From NCBI GenBank assembly GCA_918797485.1, contig CAKKNE010000001.1, positions 2,294,001-2,358,000 of the forward strand: DNA of 64,000 nucleotides, given 5' to 3'. The translations under genes were made by a program, and so were the position numbers. This DNA comes from Pelagomonas calceolata (lineage: Eukaryota). Shown piece after piece: positions 30,320 to 41,526 of the stretch (positions within the stretch are counted from its first letter, which is position 1; each line of letters opens with the position of its first letter). The notes below the pieces were generated by a model. It was given only the letters and a program-made list of their open reading frames with translations. It was not told where the DNA came from and did no database searches.

Positions 30320-31768
30320 TCACGCCGTCCGCGCCTTCTTCGCCGCCGGCTTGCGCGAGGCCATCGTCTTCTCGACGAAGTCGATCACGGCTCTCGCCGA
30401 ATTTTCCAAGATGTCCTTGCGGTGCGGCACACTTAATAAGTCAGTGAGCGCTTTCTCAGGAGGCACACTCTTCGCATCATCACCAAGAGCCGCGTTAATA
30501 GCAGCGGGGAACTTGCCGTGGTGCGCGCAAGCGAGGCAGATGACCGGCCCAGCACCTAACTGCGACTTCAGATCTTCAGCGGCTCGCACGCCACAGGCAG
30601 TATGAGGATCCAACACGTAGCCCGTAGCCTCCTTCCTGGATTTGATCGTAGCGAGAATCTCCTCCTTCTGGACCGAAGCCGCCTTCATCTCGGCTTGCGC
30701 CTTCGCCTTTAATGCTGGCGGCGCCGTGAACGCGCCCGTCTTCTCGAATTGATCCATCAACGACTTGGTCTGGGCCGCATCATTCCCGGAGCAGTGGAAG
30801 ACGAAGCGCTCGAAGTTCGAGCTAACACAGATGTCCATGCTGGGTGCTAGCGTCTCGACGGCCGACGGCGGCCTCGAGTAAGTGCCCGACGCGAAGAACC
30901 TTGCTAGGATATCATTGGCGTTCGTGGCCACCACGAGACCTCTACAAGCGCAGCCCATCTCCTTCGCGTACCAGCCTGCCAAGACGTCGCCGAAATTGCC
31001 CGTCGGCACCGAAAAGACCGGTGCGGCATCGACCTGGAACGAGGCGTAGAAGTAGTAGACGATCTGCGCGACGATGCGCGCCCAGTTGATCGAGTTCACG
31101 GCACCCAACGAGTGTCTGGCATGAAATTGCTGGTCCGCGAACAGGCCTTTTACTATCTTTTGGCAATCATCAAAACAGGCGCCTCGTAATGCGAGAGCGT
31201 GGACGTTCTCATCATCATACGCGCACATCTGCGCTTCTTGGATTGGGGAGGTGCGGTTCTCGGGGTACAAAATAAAGCACTCGACGCCCTCCTTGCCGCG
31301 CACGCCCGCGATGGCGGACGAGCCGGTGTCTCCACTTGTAGCTCCGATGATCGTTAATCTTTCTTGGCCCTTCGGTTTCTTGGTCAGGATGAGCTCGAAT
31401 AAAACGCCGAGGAACTGCAAGGCGACGTCCTTGAACGCATAAGTAGGCCCGTGGAACAGCTCCAGCAAATGGTAGTCGCCGTCCAAGTGGTGGACGGGCG
31501 TCACATGCTCACTCCTCCAGTTGCTGTAGGCCGTCTTCGTGAGCTGCTCGAGTTCGGCTCGACTGATCTCGCTTTCATCGATGTAGAGCGAGATGATCTC
31601 CGTCGCTAAAGACGCGAAGGGCAGTTTTGACCATTTCTCGAGCGTCGCAGCGTCGACTTTGGGGATCGTCTTCGGCACGAGCAGGCCACGGTCCGGCGCG
31701 AGGCCCATGAGGACCGCATCCACAAACCCGCAGTCCTCGACGCCGCCTCTGGTCGAACGGTAGCGCAT
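30320..31768 (-). CDS. thrC: Threonine synthase
   Basis: MRYRSTRG, GLAPDRGL, LELFHGPTYAFKD (PLP lysine), ATSGDTGS, NSINWAR, VPTGNFG. Confidence 0.97.
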   Translation of the reverse strand: MRYRSTRGGVEDCGFVDAVLMGLAPDRGLLVPKTIPKVDAATLEKWSKLPFASLATEIISLYIDESEISRAELEQLTKTAYSNWRSEHVTPVHHLDGDYHLLELFHGPTYAFKDVALQFLGVLFELILTKKPKGQERLTIIGATSGDTGSSAIAGVRGKEGVECFILYPENRTSPIQEAQMCAYDDENVHALALRGACFDDCQKIVKGLFADQQFHARHSLGAVNSINWARIVAQIVYYFYASFQVDAAPVFSVPTGNFGDVLAGWYAKEMGCACRGLVVATNANDILARFFASGTYSRPPSAVETLAPSMDICVSSNFERFVFHCSGNDAAQTKSLMDQFEKTGAFTAPPALKAKAQAEMKAASVQKEEILATIKSRKEATGYVLDPHTACGVRAAEDLKSQLGAGPVICLACAHHGKFPAAINAALGDDAKSVPPEKALTDLLSVPHRKDILENSARAVIDFVEKTMASRKPAAKKARTA

Positions 31769-32183
31769 CGTCGCTTCTTAGTTGTGTCTCTAGCGTCGCG
31801 TCGGAGTCGCTTGACGTGCAGTGCTTGCAGAGAGTGCTCTGCTTGAGTTGTATCGCTGCGACGGCGTGCTGCGGTCGAGTGCTTGCTCCTTGGAGTAATG
31901 CTGTGCCGGACGACGCGTCGCGACCGTCCGAGGCTTATGTGCAAGGTAGCAGCGCGTTTAGCTTTGACACTGTGCATACGCGTCGCTATCCTACTAGCCT
32001 GCAATCTAGTATCTTACGACGCTAGCGTTATTTGCATGGATTTAGCGCCGAAATTAGCGGTAAATTAAGTATTCGAGTCGCATAACGCCGAAACGCCCAT
32101 TTTACCCGCTTGCGCTTGAACGCCGTCGACGCGACGCCCGCCAGACGACGCGCGCCCCTACTAGTAGATAACACAACATCTTC

Positions 32184-35100
32184 TTACCACCGCCCCGACC
32201 CGTCGAGCGGCACAATGCTTCCCGACGTCATAGCCCGCTTGTAAGACGGGGCCCGTCCATGGTCGTCAATCTGAGATGACCAAGGACGGGGCGGCAACAC
32301 CGGAGCGGTGAGAGTCCGGTAGATCATCTTGTCCCTCACACTTAGCTCGATCTCGCCCGTCGCCTGCTTCAGTCGCCGGGAGGTAGCCAGGTTCCGCTTG
32401 AACCGGTCGGACCGCGTCTGTTGTTCTTTGACATTTTCTAACGTCATCCACTGGTCGCCGGCGGAGGGCGGCCCGTCGCGAGACGCGAAGAACTTCATCA
32501 GTTCCGGCGGGTCTTCGGCGCCCACGATGTGAGGTAGGGACAGCACTCCTTTTTTCCTCTTGTTTGAACTACGTTGCTCTTCTTCTCTCGCTAAGCGAGC
32601 CACCTCCGCTTGCTGCAGGTCCACCAACGCGTCGACGTCGGCGGGCGTCGGGTGCTTCCGCGCGAAAGCGGCCTTCTGTCTTGTGGGTCCTAATTTCTTC
32701 CTCCGCAGCTCCTTCCTGACCCGGTATCTCTCCGACTCACAGACGCACACGACTCTTTGGCCACATTTGGCGCAGGGCATCTCCTTTTTTGGTCGCGCTT
32801 CGACTACTTCCTCTGCCTCCGGTTCTTCTTCATCAGATAGGTCGGACCAGTAGCCCCCTCGGAAGATCGACGGTCTAGCTCTTTTGGCTCTATTAGCCTT
32901 CCAGCGCTCTTGCTCCTTGCGCCAGCGGTACGGCTCGATGACGTACTTGATCAGGAACCGCTTCCTGATCTTCTCATAACGACCAGTCGTAAAGGCCTCC
33001 AATGCCAGACGCAACCGTTCCTTGGCCCTTCGTTCATTCTCCCGCGCCGCCTCGGCGGCCGCACGAGCGGCCGCTTTCCTATCTAATTCCAGCGCCTCCT
33101 CCGCGCGGCGCATCTCTTCTAGTATGCGCAACCGTTCCGCCTCGTGGTCGAAGGCCGGCTCTTCCTTAACCACAACCGGTATCTTGATCTCATGTGGTAC
33201 TTGGATGAAGGTAAACACCGGCATAACGGACTGGACAGGAATAATGGGCTCCTCGTCAAAAAAAGTTTCGAGCTCCGCCAGGTCGCAGACCACGGGCCCC
33301 GCTTTGGCCTGAGCTAGTCGCCGCATCCTTAATAGTAATTGAATAGCCCGAGCACGTCTATGATAACACTGGATCTTCAAAGCTGATAATTCCCTTAACT
33401 TCCGCAGTTCTCGCGCTTCGCGAGCCTTCCTTAACAACTCGTCCTGCCGGTTTCGCTCCTCATCGGCCGCTCGTCGGCCCAGGATACCTCTTCTTGTACT
33501 TTGTGTCCTTAGGGCAGAAGTCAGCAAGTCTTGGGAACGCCTCACCCACCGCGCCAACCGATCCTTCCACCGTCGCCTACCTCTCTTCCCCCGCATGACT
33601 CGCTGGATCTGTATCGCATAATAATCCAAATCAAGAAATTTCTCTTCCATGGAACCCGCAGTCCCCTCGGTATTAGCCTTGGCCACTATCACTTCGACCC
33701 TCGTACGTAATTTTCTGGGAGTAATAGACACGAAGATCTCTTCCACCGGTTTTTCATCCAGTTTCACTTGTGTCAACACCGCGCCCAAATTCGAGACCCA
33801 CACTTCATACGACATCTCCTCGAAGACGTCGGTCACGATCTCTGCGACCTCCTCGTTCCTCAGGTGCGAGATCAACGAATCGATGGAGCTCCTCCTAGGA
33901 ACGGGCTCCTCCTCTGGCTCTTCCGGCACGACCTGCTCCACGATCCGCCCCAGGAACTTCTCGTATTCCTCGAGTGCTATTTTGTCGGTGAACTGGTCGG
34001 CGATCTGGAACCTGCGTTGTGACGACGCCATCGACGCGGTCCGAGACGACGCGCGTCGATGGCGTGAAAGACGCCGCGTCCGCACCAGCACGACGCGAAG
34101 CGCTCGTAGTCGAGGAAGCCCATGCCCCCGTTGTCGATCTCCCAGTCCTCCTGCGCTAATTTTTCGTGCTCCTCGTGGTTGATGCGGCCGTCGCGCGTGA
34201 GTAGTTTGGGCGGCAAACCCGTTCCGACGTTGACTTTCTTCCCACTGATCGACTCGACCTCGATCTTCGTCAGCGAGACCATGATCTCGCAGCAGCGCCG
34301 GTGCATGGGCACGTACTCGTCGTACTCGATGCGCCCCGACTTGTCCTCGTCGATCTCCTTCCAGAGGACGTTCAAGTGCCTTCGGATGCTCGGATCGAAT
34401 TTCAGACTTTCCCGCTTACACAGCGCTTTCAGCGTATACAAGGGGTGGAACTTCGGCGCTACTTTTTTCGGGTCGTAGAGCTTGAGGAGCTGGTCCTTGA
34501 AAGAAGTGTCATAGGTACCGCAAAATTCTCTACTTTGCGAAATGCCGACCTTGTCCCTCCGGTTGATGAACTGCTTGAACTCGTCAAAGTCGACCGCACC
34601 ATCGCCGGAAGGATCCAGCGCAGCTAGCAAGTTCTCGATCTTCTCCTCGGAGAGGTCCTCTCCAATATGAGCCTGTGTGGGAACGACACCGTCACGAAAC
34701 GCTCTCATGCGGCCGCATCGACGGCGTCGAGGCACGCCATCGCCGCGACCACGTCACGTTGAAGCCCATTTTCTGCTCCGAGTCAGCGCCATCATCGCGC
34801 GGAACTCGTCTCCGTCGAGCTCGCCGCTCCCGTCATCATCATACTGGTTAAAAATCTCCAGCGCGTTCGACGCCCGACACAACGCCTTCATCTTCCTTTC
34901 CACGGACACCTCGAGGAGCCAGTCCTCCTCCTTGGCCGCGGCCTTGATGTGTTTGTCGTACTTGTTTGGAGGTGCCGTGAGCCACTCCGGGGGAATCTGA
35001 TCGATTTTCTCGTTCTCTTCTCCGAGGCAGACGGTGCGCTTCGGCGCCCACCAGCCGTTCGACGCCTTAGCCGTCTCGGGTTCGACGTAGAGGCACGTCC

Positions 35101-35389
35101 CCAGTAACGTAACAGCGCGTCTCGGCACTTGCGACGGCCAGACCTTCCACTTCTGGCCGAAGGCGTCCTGCTTCTTTCGCACGTCGACCCAGCACTCCTC
35201 CCACGCCTTCGGGCGCTTGTACAAGCGCTTCTTCTTCTTTGTTTTTTTTCCTCGCTTCGACGTGGGCCGGCTCTCACTCGCGCTCGCGACGGACTTCTGG
35301 AAGAGCGCTGCGGATCTTGAAGCGGTGGCGGCTGCTTTCAGCTTCATTTGAGCTAGAGCGCGCTCTTGCGGCGTGCCGGCGCGCTTCAT
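32184..35389 (-). CDS. EF-hand and IQ-motif coiled-coil protein; 3 exons (35389-34790, 34672-34086, 34011-32184), ~1004 aa
   Basis: EF hands DDDGSGELDGDEF, DPSGDGAVDFDEF, DEDKSGRIEYDEY; IQ motif AIQIQRVMRG. The spliced length of 3015 nt is in frame. Confidence 0.75.
34012..34085 (-). other. GT-AG intron, 74 nt, with a perfect 14-bp inverted repeat
   Basis: tg|GTGCGG...ACGCAG|g gives FASCWFQIAD. ACGCCATCGACGCG at 34025-34038 and CGCGTCGATGGCGT at 34052-34065. Confidence 0.85.
34673..34789 (-). other. GC-AG intron, 117 nt, with a degenerate inverted pair of the shared motif
   Basis: atg|GCGCTG...CCACACAG|gct gives EFRAMM|AHIGEDLSEEKI and removes an in-frame TGA. Motif copies at 34714-34727 and 34734-34747. 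Confidence 0.75.
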
Positions 35390-35954
35390 GGTGGTTGTCG
35401 TGGGGGCTGCCCCAAGGGCTGAAGGCTGCCCCTGGCAATGCGCTTGGGGTGCGCGCGGCTACCGGTGGTCGACGGCTCTTACTACTCGCTTTGTTGCGGC
35501 TTTGGGAGCCTCTTGGGCAGTGGTACCAGCGTCTTTGCGCGTCTGGAGAGCTCGAGCGCTGTGTGAGTGCGGGCTCGGCCGCCGCCGATTACGTTTCTCG
35601 CGAGAGCGGTCGTGGGGCAGTGCAACAGGACCTGGGAGGGCTGCTGAGGGCGGCTCGCGCTTCTCGGCTGACCCGCCAAAAAGTCGACATCAGCACTACG
35701 CATTGTATCGAAAAAGTCCATAATTGGCTGCCGGTAGCACGCCGACACGACGTTGAGCAGCGGAAGTACTACAGCAGTATCTGTGTACGCGAAGTGGCAA
35801 GAAATCTGCAGTCTCGGACAACTGCAGAGCTTTTAATCACACAAAAGGCAAGACCGCAGCAACAGCGGCAAAAACAAGCGCGAGCGCGTCAGAGACGCTG
35901 CCACTGACGCCGTCGACGCGTGAGCAGCACCAGCGACGCGCGCGGAAACTAAAA

Positions 35955-36614
35955 ATGAACGCACGACAAGCTACGCCCGCCGAGACCGTGGCCGCACCGG
36001 CACGCGGCTTTCTCGACGCCTGCGAGACTTTTGCTGATGAGGCGTCGAGCAGCAGCGTCGACGCGTCCACAGTCGACCGGTTCCGCGCCGAGGCGCGCAA
36101 GGCCGCGGCGCGGTCGGCGTCCGACGCCGCGCGCCTAGAGGCGAGCGAGCAGGCGGCGGCGCGGGCGCGCATAGACCGCGACCGCGCCGAGCGGGATCGC
36201 GCGCGCCTGGAAAACGAGGTCGCGCGCCTCCGACGAGCCGTGTCCAACGAGCCCGCGGACATGCGAAGGGAACATTCGTCTTTTGACCGCCTGAAGGACT
36301 TGTTTGACTCTTTGAGGAACGCGCGGCGGAACGGCTCTAGACTACACGTCGGCGAGGGCGGCCGCGACGACTCCGACAGCGACGGCTTTCGATGTCCGCC
36401 GTCGCCCTGCTGGTCGTCGCCCGTGCCCTTTTCGCAGCGGCGCGTGCCCGAGGCGCGCCAAAAAGAGGCGGGCTGCTGGTGCTGCGCCGCGGACGACGAC
36501 GACCGCGACGCCCGCCTCGTCTTCGCGGCGCCGTCGTCGCCGCTGCGGTCGCCGCCGCGGTCGCCCTTATTTCTGGAGGCGGGGCGCGACCCGGGGCGGC
36601 TCCTGGGCGCGTGA
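35955..36614 (+). CDS. Hypothetical coiled-coil protein (219 aa)
   Basis: ATG in aaaATG context, GC3-rich codons and a helical Ala/Arg/Glu segment. Confidence 0.55.
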   Translation: MNARQATPAETVAAPARGFLDACETFADEASSSSVDASTVDRFRAEARKAAARSASDAARLEASEQAAARARIDRDRAERDRARLENEVARLRRAVSNEPADMRREHSSFDRLKDLFDSLRNARRNGSRLHVGEGGRDDSDSDGFRCPPSPCWSSPVPFSQRRVPEARQKEAGCWCCAADDDDRDARLVFAAPSSPLRSPPRSPLFLEAGRDPGRLLGA

Positions 36615-36781
36615 GGCGTGAGTTCCCTTCTCGGTAAATGGACTCCCCATGCGCACGATAAGTATAGCTTTTCTCAAGTCTTTCTCCCTCTCGAGTCGCG
36701 GCGACGGCGTGCTACATATCCCGATGCATCTGCCTGATGCCGCCGGCGATGTTGAGCCATGCTCTATGTACACTTAGCTCC

Positions 36782-37714
36782 TTACCCGGTCCACGCGCAC
36801 CAATGCTCGAGCGTACAGCGCGCCTGGGCCTCGCTCATGTCGAACAAGTCCCCGACGGACTCCCACATGAGGTGCGCGTTCACGTGGCTCATGGAGCCGC
36901 CGGCCGCGTAATCCCAGGTCAGTTTCAGGAGCGGCCACGCGGATACGTTCATCCCATCAGCGTTCTGCTCCGGGTTCTGGCGCAGCCACGCTAAGAGTCG
37001 GCCGCGCTCGCTGTCTTGTCCCGGGCCAGGCACTTCGGTCCAATCAAAGAAAAATGTATCTCCATCACAGTCGTCGACCTCGGTCTGCGTGAGCACGCAC
37101 CGCTGCCACGTGCCCCTTTTAAAGCATAATACGGTGGCATATATGTCGAGCGGCACGTCGTCCAGCATGAGGGCCGTGAAGATCGACGCGGGGACGTCGA
37201 ACTGGAAGCTCGGGCGGCCCTCTTCTCGCCTCACGCGGCCCTCGCCGACGTGGATCACGCTCTTGGCCTCGTCGGTGCCGTGGCGGCGCGTCGAGAGCTC
37301 CAGCGAGAAGATGTACGAATCGAGGTCGCGCCGGGGCGTGATGGTAGGGACCGGCCGCGGCTGCGGCGCCACCAGGCGTCGCTGCGACTCGAAGAGCTGG
37401 CGCGGGTCCGGCCGCATGCACCGCGGCGCTCTTACCAATCGCAGCTGCGGGAAGCGGTGCAGCGCTAGGCTGTGCAGCAGGTCGGGCTTAATCTTTGATA
37501 GAGCGTCGCGGAACTCGCGGCAGACAGCCGAGCCGTAGGCGACGCCAGGGTAATCAGCAAAGGCCAGGACGCCCAGCAGCGCGTCTTCCGGCAGACCGAA
37601 GCGGCAGGGCCGCGCGATGCGCCGTTTTGCTTGCCGGAGGGCGGTGTCGCGCGTCTCGGCGCGCCGCTTGCGCGCGGCTTCTCTCCGGCCGGCCGTCGAG
37701 AATTGGGCGCCCAT
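36782..37714 (-). CDS. F-box-like protein (~310 aa)
   Basis: LPEDALLGVLAFAD..SAVCREFR F-box pattern after an MGAQFS start, a possible myristoylation site. Confidence 0.65.
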   Translation of the reverse strand: MGAQFSTAGRREAARKRRAETRDTALRQAKRRIARPCRFGLPEDALLGVLAFADYPGVAYGSAVCREFRDALSKIKPDLLHSLALHRFPQLRLVRAPRCMRPDPRQLFESQRRLVAPQPRPVPTITPRRDLDSYIFSLELSTRRHGTDEAKSVIHVGEGRVRREEGRPSFQFDVPASIFTALMLDDVPLDIYATVLCFKRGTWQRCVLTQTEVDDCDGDTFFFDWTEVPGPGQDSERGRLLAWLRQNPEQNADGMNVSAWPLLKLTWDYAAGGSMSHVNAHLMWESVGDLFDMSEAQARCTLEHWCAWTG

Positions 37715-38092
37715 GTTGGTCGCCTGGGAGAGTGCTCTCCGCTCGCTGCACGTTACGGGCGGCGCGGCGCGGGAGCCAGCGGATCTTTCGCGGGTGTTAT
37801 GCGGCGACAGAGTCCAACGGCCCCTGAGCCCCAGTAGAGCGCAAATTACCCGCGCTGCGCTGAGGCCGGACCTCGGGCTAGCGTAATGACACACACTAGG
37901 CAGACTTAATTGCAGACTTTCACTGGCTCGATATAGCAGCTGTGCATACTCTCTCAGCGTGCTTACGCTCCCAGCACAGCGTTCTGTAGGTGCGCAAGCG
38001 AGCCTGCAAAGCTGCCGTGCATCGGTGTTTTGTGTTGTCGATAATACACTGACAGTCATCAGTAACCTGCACTGCAGTGCTGCCATTTTGCA

Positions 38093-39259
38093 ATGCCGCG
38101 CGTAGTTATAGTGCTCATCCTGGCTCAGACGACCGACGCTTTCGTCTGCAAGCGCAGCATCCGTCGCGCGGGACCGGTGGCAGCGACGACAGACTCTGAC
38201 GAACCGTCGTCGCTGGCCCCCGTCCTTTCGCCGTCGGCGGACCGGCCGGAGCGCTGGGACTCGGCCTGTATAGCGAATCCCGTCGTCCTCAAGCCCGGAC
38301 CTGGTGAGGACCGCTGGAAGATGTGGTACTATGGTAATAACGGTAACTGGTCCGACGGCACGGTCGGGTTCCTGCCAACCGGAACCAGCGGCCTCGCGGA
38401 GTCCGCGGACGGCGTGCGCTGGAGCAAGGTCGACGGCCCGCGCGCCGATAAAAGTGTCTTCGGCCCGGCGGACAACGTCGACGCCTGGGACGGGCTCCAC
38501 ACGGGCGTCGGGGACGTGATCCGGGAGGACGACGGCTCGCTGCTCATGTTCTACTTTGGCGGCGGCGGAGGCGGTGGCGGGGAGGCGAGCGCCTCTGGCA
38601 AAGCCTACCGCGGCCTCGCAATGCAGATCGGCCGCGCGCGTTCGGTAGACGGCGGGCAAAGCTGGACGCGCTGCGGCTCCGGCGCCGACGGCGCGGGCCC
38701 GGTCCTCGAGGCGCGGGCCGAGGAGGGCTTGTTCGCGTCGTGGCCGCGGATCCTGCGCTACGATAAGGAGTGGGTCATGCTCTACCACGCCTTCAACGGC
38801 ACGCACTGGAGAGCCTTCTCGGCGACGTCGACCGACGCGGGCCTCTCGTGGGCCGACCGCCGCCTCGCGCTCGACGTCGGCCCGGCCGGAGCCTTTGACG
38901 AGACGGGCGTGGGTACGCGTTCGGTGATCAAGCGCGGCGACCACGCGCTCATGGTCTACGAGGGCGTCGACGGCGGAGGCACGTTCTCGGGCACGCACCG
39001 CCTCGGCGCGGCGACGTCGTCGGACGGCGGCCGGACCTGGGCCCGCGTCGGCGACGGACAAGCCATCGTCGCGCCCGGTATCGCTCCCCTGGGCGCCTGG
39101 ACGGCCCAGGTCGTGGGGACGCCCTACCTCGTCGCCGACGGCGACGCGCTGCGCCTCTACCACTGCGCGAAACAGAACAGCGAGACGAACATGTCGATCG
39201 GACTCCTGATCTCCGAGAGCGGTGACGTCGCCGCGGGCGCGTGGCGCGGCGTCATGTGA
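38093..39259 (+). CDS. Five-bladed beta-propeller glycoside-hydrolase-like protein with a probable plastid presequence
   Basis: Repeated blades WKMWYYG..GLAESADGVRW, LMFYFG..GRARSVDGGQSW, LMVYEG..GAATSSDGGRTW. Signal peptide ends TDA-FV. Confidence 0.75.
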   Translation: MPRVVIVLILAQTTDAFVCKRSIRRAGPVAATTDSDEPSSLAPVLSPSADRPERWDSACIANPVVLKPGPGEDRWKMWYYGNNGNWSDGTVGFLPTGTSGLAESADGVRWSKVDGPRADKSVFGPADNVDAWDGLHTGVGDVIREDDGSLLMFYFGGGGGGGGEASASGKAYRGLAMQIGRARSVDGGQSWTRCGSGADGAGPVLEARAEEGLFASWPRILRYDKEWVMLYHAFNGTHWRAFSATSTDAGLSWADRRLALDVGPAGAFDETGVGTRSVIKRGDHALMVYEGVDGGGTFSGTHRLGAATSSDGGRTWARVGDGQAIVAPGIAPLGAWTAQVVGTPYLVADGDALRLYHCAKQNSETNMSIGLLISESGDVAAGAWRGVM

Positions 39260-39290
39260 AGTAATAATGTACAGTCACTTATACAACAGA

Positions 39291-40997
39291 CTAGTCGTCG
39301 AGCCGCTCGTCGGCATACACCTTCGGGATGCCGCGGAGGTCGCGGTCGCGCTTCGCGGAGCCGTACTTGAACGCGAATTCGCCGACGAACGCGTGCGCCG
39401 CGTAGCCGAGCGCCGCGAGGCCGAGGGCCGCGGGGCTCGCCGCCGCCCGCGCCACGGAGCCGAGGCGGGCCACGCGCCCGGCAGCGACCGTCGCGGCCGC
39501 TGCCCAGGACACGAGACGCAGGGCCTTGGCGTTGCGGACCGCGCCTCGCGAGTCGGGGCACACTTGCGTGTGCTGCGCGTAGCGGTCGAGCGTCGTCTCC
39601 CGGGGCGGGCACGGCATGAGAAGTTTAAGGGGCTCGGCGTATCTGTTCGGCGTTTTGGGCACGGCAGCGTCCATAAACTTCCCGACCTCGACCAGCAGCC
39701 GCTCCGTGGGCGACGAGTACTTGTAGAGCTGGCGGCGGACGAGGGGGGCGCCCGACTTCGCGGCGTCGTACTCGGCCTGTAAAACGTATGGCTGCTGCGT
39801 CGCGAGGAGGTGCGTGTCCTGGTCGAGGAAGTTGTTGAGCCCGACGTGCTGGAGCCACCGCGGCACCGCGACCGGCAGGCGGCCGACGCCGGCGCTCATG
39901 AACCGCGTGCGTCCCACGCCCGTCGGGCAGAGCCAGAAACAGGCCTGGAACTTTGTTTCGCCCGCCGCGTCGCGCCGGCCCGTGGCGATGGCGCTCGGAG
40001 GCCGGAACGTGGAAACGCCGGTGACGTTTTGCGCGCCGTACAGCGTCGTGCCCGCCACGGTCCCGGGCTGTCTTATTTCCTTTTTCATCGTCGTCACCAG
40101 CTTCGGCACCGCGGCGACGGCCGACGAGAGCGAGAAAAAGCCCGGCGACGACTCGTCGACGGCGACGGTCTGCGGCGCGGCGCGCGTCGCCGTGTAGAGG
40201 TCGAACGGAGCCGCTTGATGGGCGAATAAGCCATGATCCGGGTCCAGGATGTTTTCGACGAGAATACTATAGTCGACGGGCAGATCCCGGATCGCCGTCG
40301 TCCACTTGAACGCCGGGTCGTCCATCTCCGGGACGCGCGGCGGCGGCGCGGAGCGGTCGGCGTCGCGGCCGGCGGCGGCGCCGGGAAAGAGCCACAGCAG
40401 GCCCTGTTCCACGCGGCACGGGACCGCCGTCGCACAGAGGGCCGTCGACGCGCCGCCCTCGCGCTGGGGCACGGACTTGCACTCGCCGCTCGCGTCGAAG
40501 CTCCAGCCGTGGTAGGCGCACTGGACGTAGCCCTGAGCCGTGAGTCTGCCCTCGGAGAGCGCCGCGAGGCGGTGCGGGCACTTGTCCTCCAGGGCGAGCG
40601 GTTCGCGTTCGCCGCGATTCACCACGCAGTAGTCCACGTCGAAGAGCGTCACCTTAGTCACGGCGTCGACGGGCAAGTCGCGCGTCCACGCGACGGGATA
40701 CCAGTGATCCATCCAGTCGAACCTCGAGTAGTCCGGCGCGCCGCTCGTCGTCTCAGTGGCTGCGGCATGTTCGGTCGTCGGGTCGGAGGGCGAAATAGTA
40801 GCTTCCGGGCGCATGGCTCCCGAGCTCGGCGTCGGGTCCGTCAACGTCGCGGCCATCGAGGCGACGTGCCTGGACGCGACGTCGTGCCTGGAGCTGCGGC
40901 GCAATGCCGCGGCCATGGCTGGACGGGGTGCGCGAGCCACGAAGGCAGACGCTGTCCAAGCTAGAGAGAGCACAAGGCATTTGAGCCATGCCTCCAT
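39291..40997 (-). CDS. Rieske non-heme iron oxygenase of the pheophorbide a oxygenase/TIC55 family, plastid-targeted
   Basis: CPHRLAALSEG..CAYHGW Rieske motif, ENILDPDHGLFAH iron site and an ASA-FVA presequence. Confidence 0.88.
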   Translation of the reverse strand: MEAWLKCLVLSLAWTASAFVARAPRPAMAAALRRSSRHDVASRHVASMAATLTDPTPSSGAMRPEATISPSDPTTEHAAATETTSGAPDYSRFDWMDHWYPVAWTRDLPVDAVTKVTLFDVDYCVVNRGEREPLALEDKCPHRLAALSEGRLTAQGYVQCAYHGWSFDASGECKSVPQREGGASTALCATAVPCRVEQGLLWLFPGAAAGRDADRSAPPPRVPEMDDPAFKWTTAIRDLPVDYSILVENILDPDHGLFAHQAAPFDLYTATRAAPQTVAVDESSPGFFSLSSAVAAVPKLVTTMKKEIRQPGTVAGTTLYGAQNVTGVSTFRPPSAIATGRRDAAGETKFQACFWLCPTGVGRTRFMSAGVGRLPVAVPRWLQHVGLNNFLDQDTHLLATQQPYVLQAEYDAAKSGAPLVRRQLYKYSSPTERLLVEVGKFMDAAVPKTPNRYAEPLKLLMPCPPRETTLDRYAQHTQVCPDSRGAVRNAKALRLVSWAAAATVAAGRVARLGSVARAAASPAALGLAALGYAAHAFVGEFAFKYGSAKRDRDLRGIPKVYADERLDD

Positions 40998-41526
40998 GGC
41001 AGCGAAATGGGCAGGCGTAGACGGTTCACAGCAGCGCTTCGATGTACGCGCACGAGTCGTTAAGCTCGATCGCGTATTCGTCAAGCTGATGTCATAAAGC
41101 GCTCTCCAGCTAGGGACATAGGCTGCCTATGTATACTTAAGTACCTACCCCCCTACCCATGTAAATGCATTTTGTCCCTTAAGACATATTTGGATTCCGA
41201 CAACTTGGCACGCGGAGAGGGCCCGCGCACCTGTCCGCATGGGCCGATCTCAGGGGCGCCTGGGGTATGTACCGTATGTATACCTCCCACCCCAAGTCCC
41301 ACCCGGCCCTGAGTAGTAGGCAAAGATATGTAAAACGGGGCTCGGGAATTTTTTTCTGCGCCTAGCAGCGACGACACGATCAAGATGAAGTATCACCGGT
41401 ATTAAAAGTATGATCGGGCGATTCTGGAATCACAACTAACAAGTCACTGGCAAGTACTAGTAGTACGTTGAAATTACGTTGAGGCCCCTATGGATGCTTA
41501 GATGAGCTGCAAATATATTTAGGCAC

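Noticed and set aside
36782..39163. 793-aa minus-strand ORF
   Set aside because: Its 5' part is the antisense shadow of the + strand propeller gene plus intergenic DNA. Only the portion from ATG 37714 looks like a real protein.
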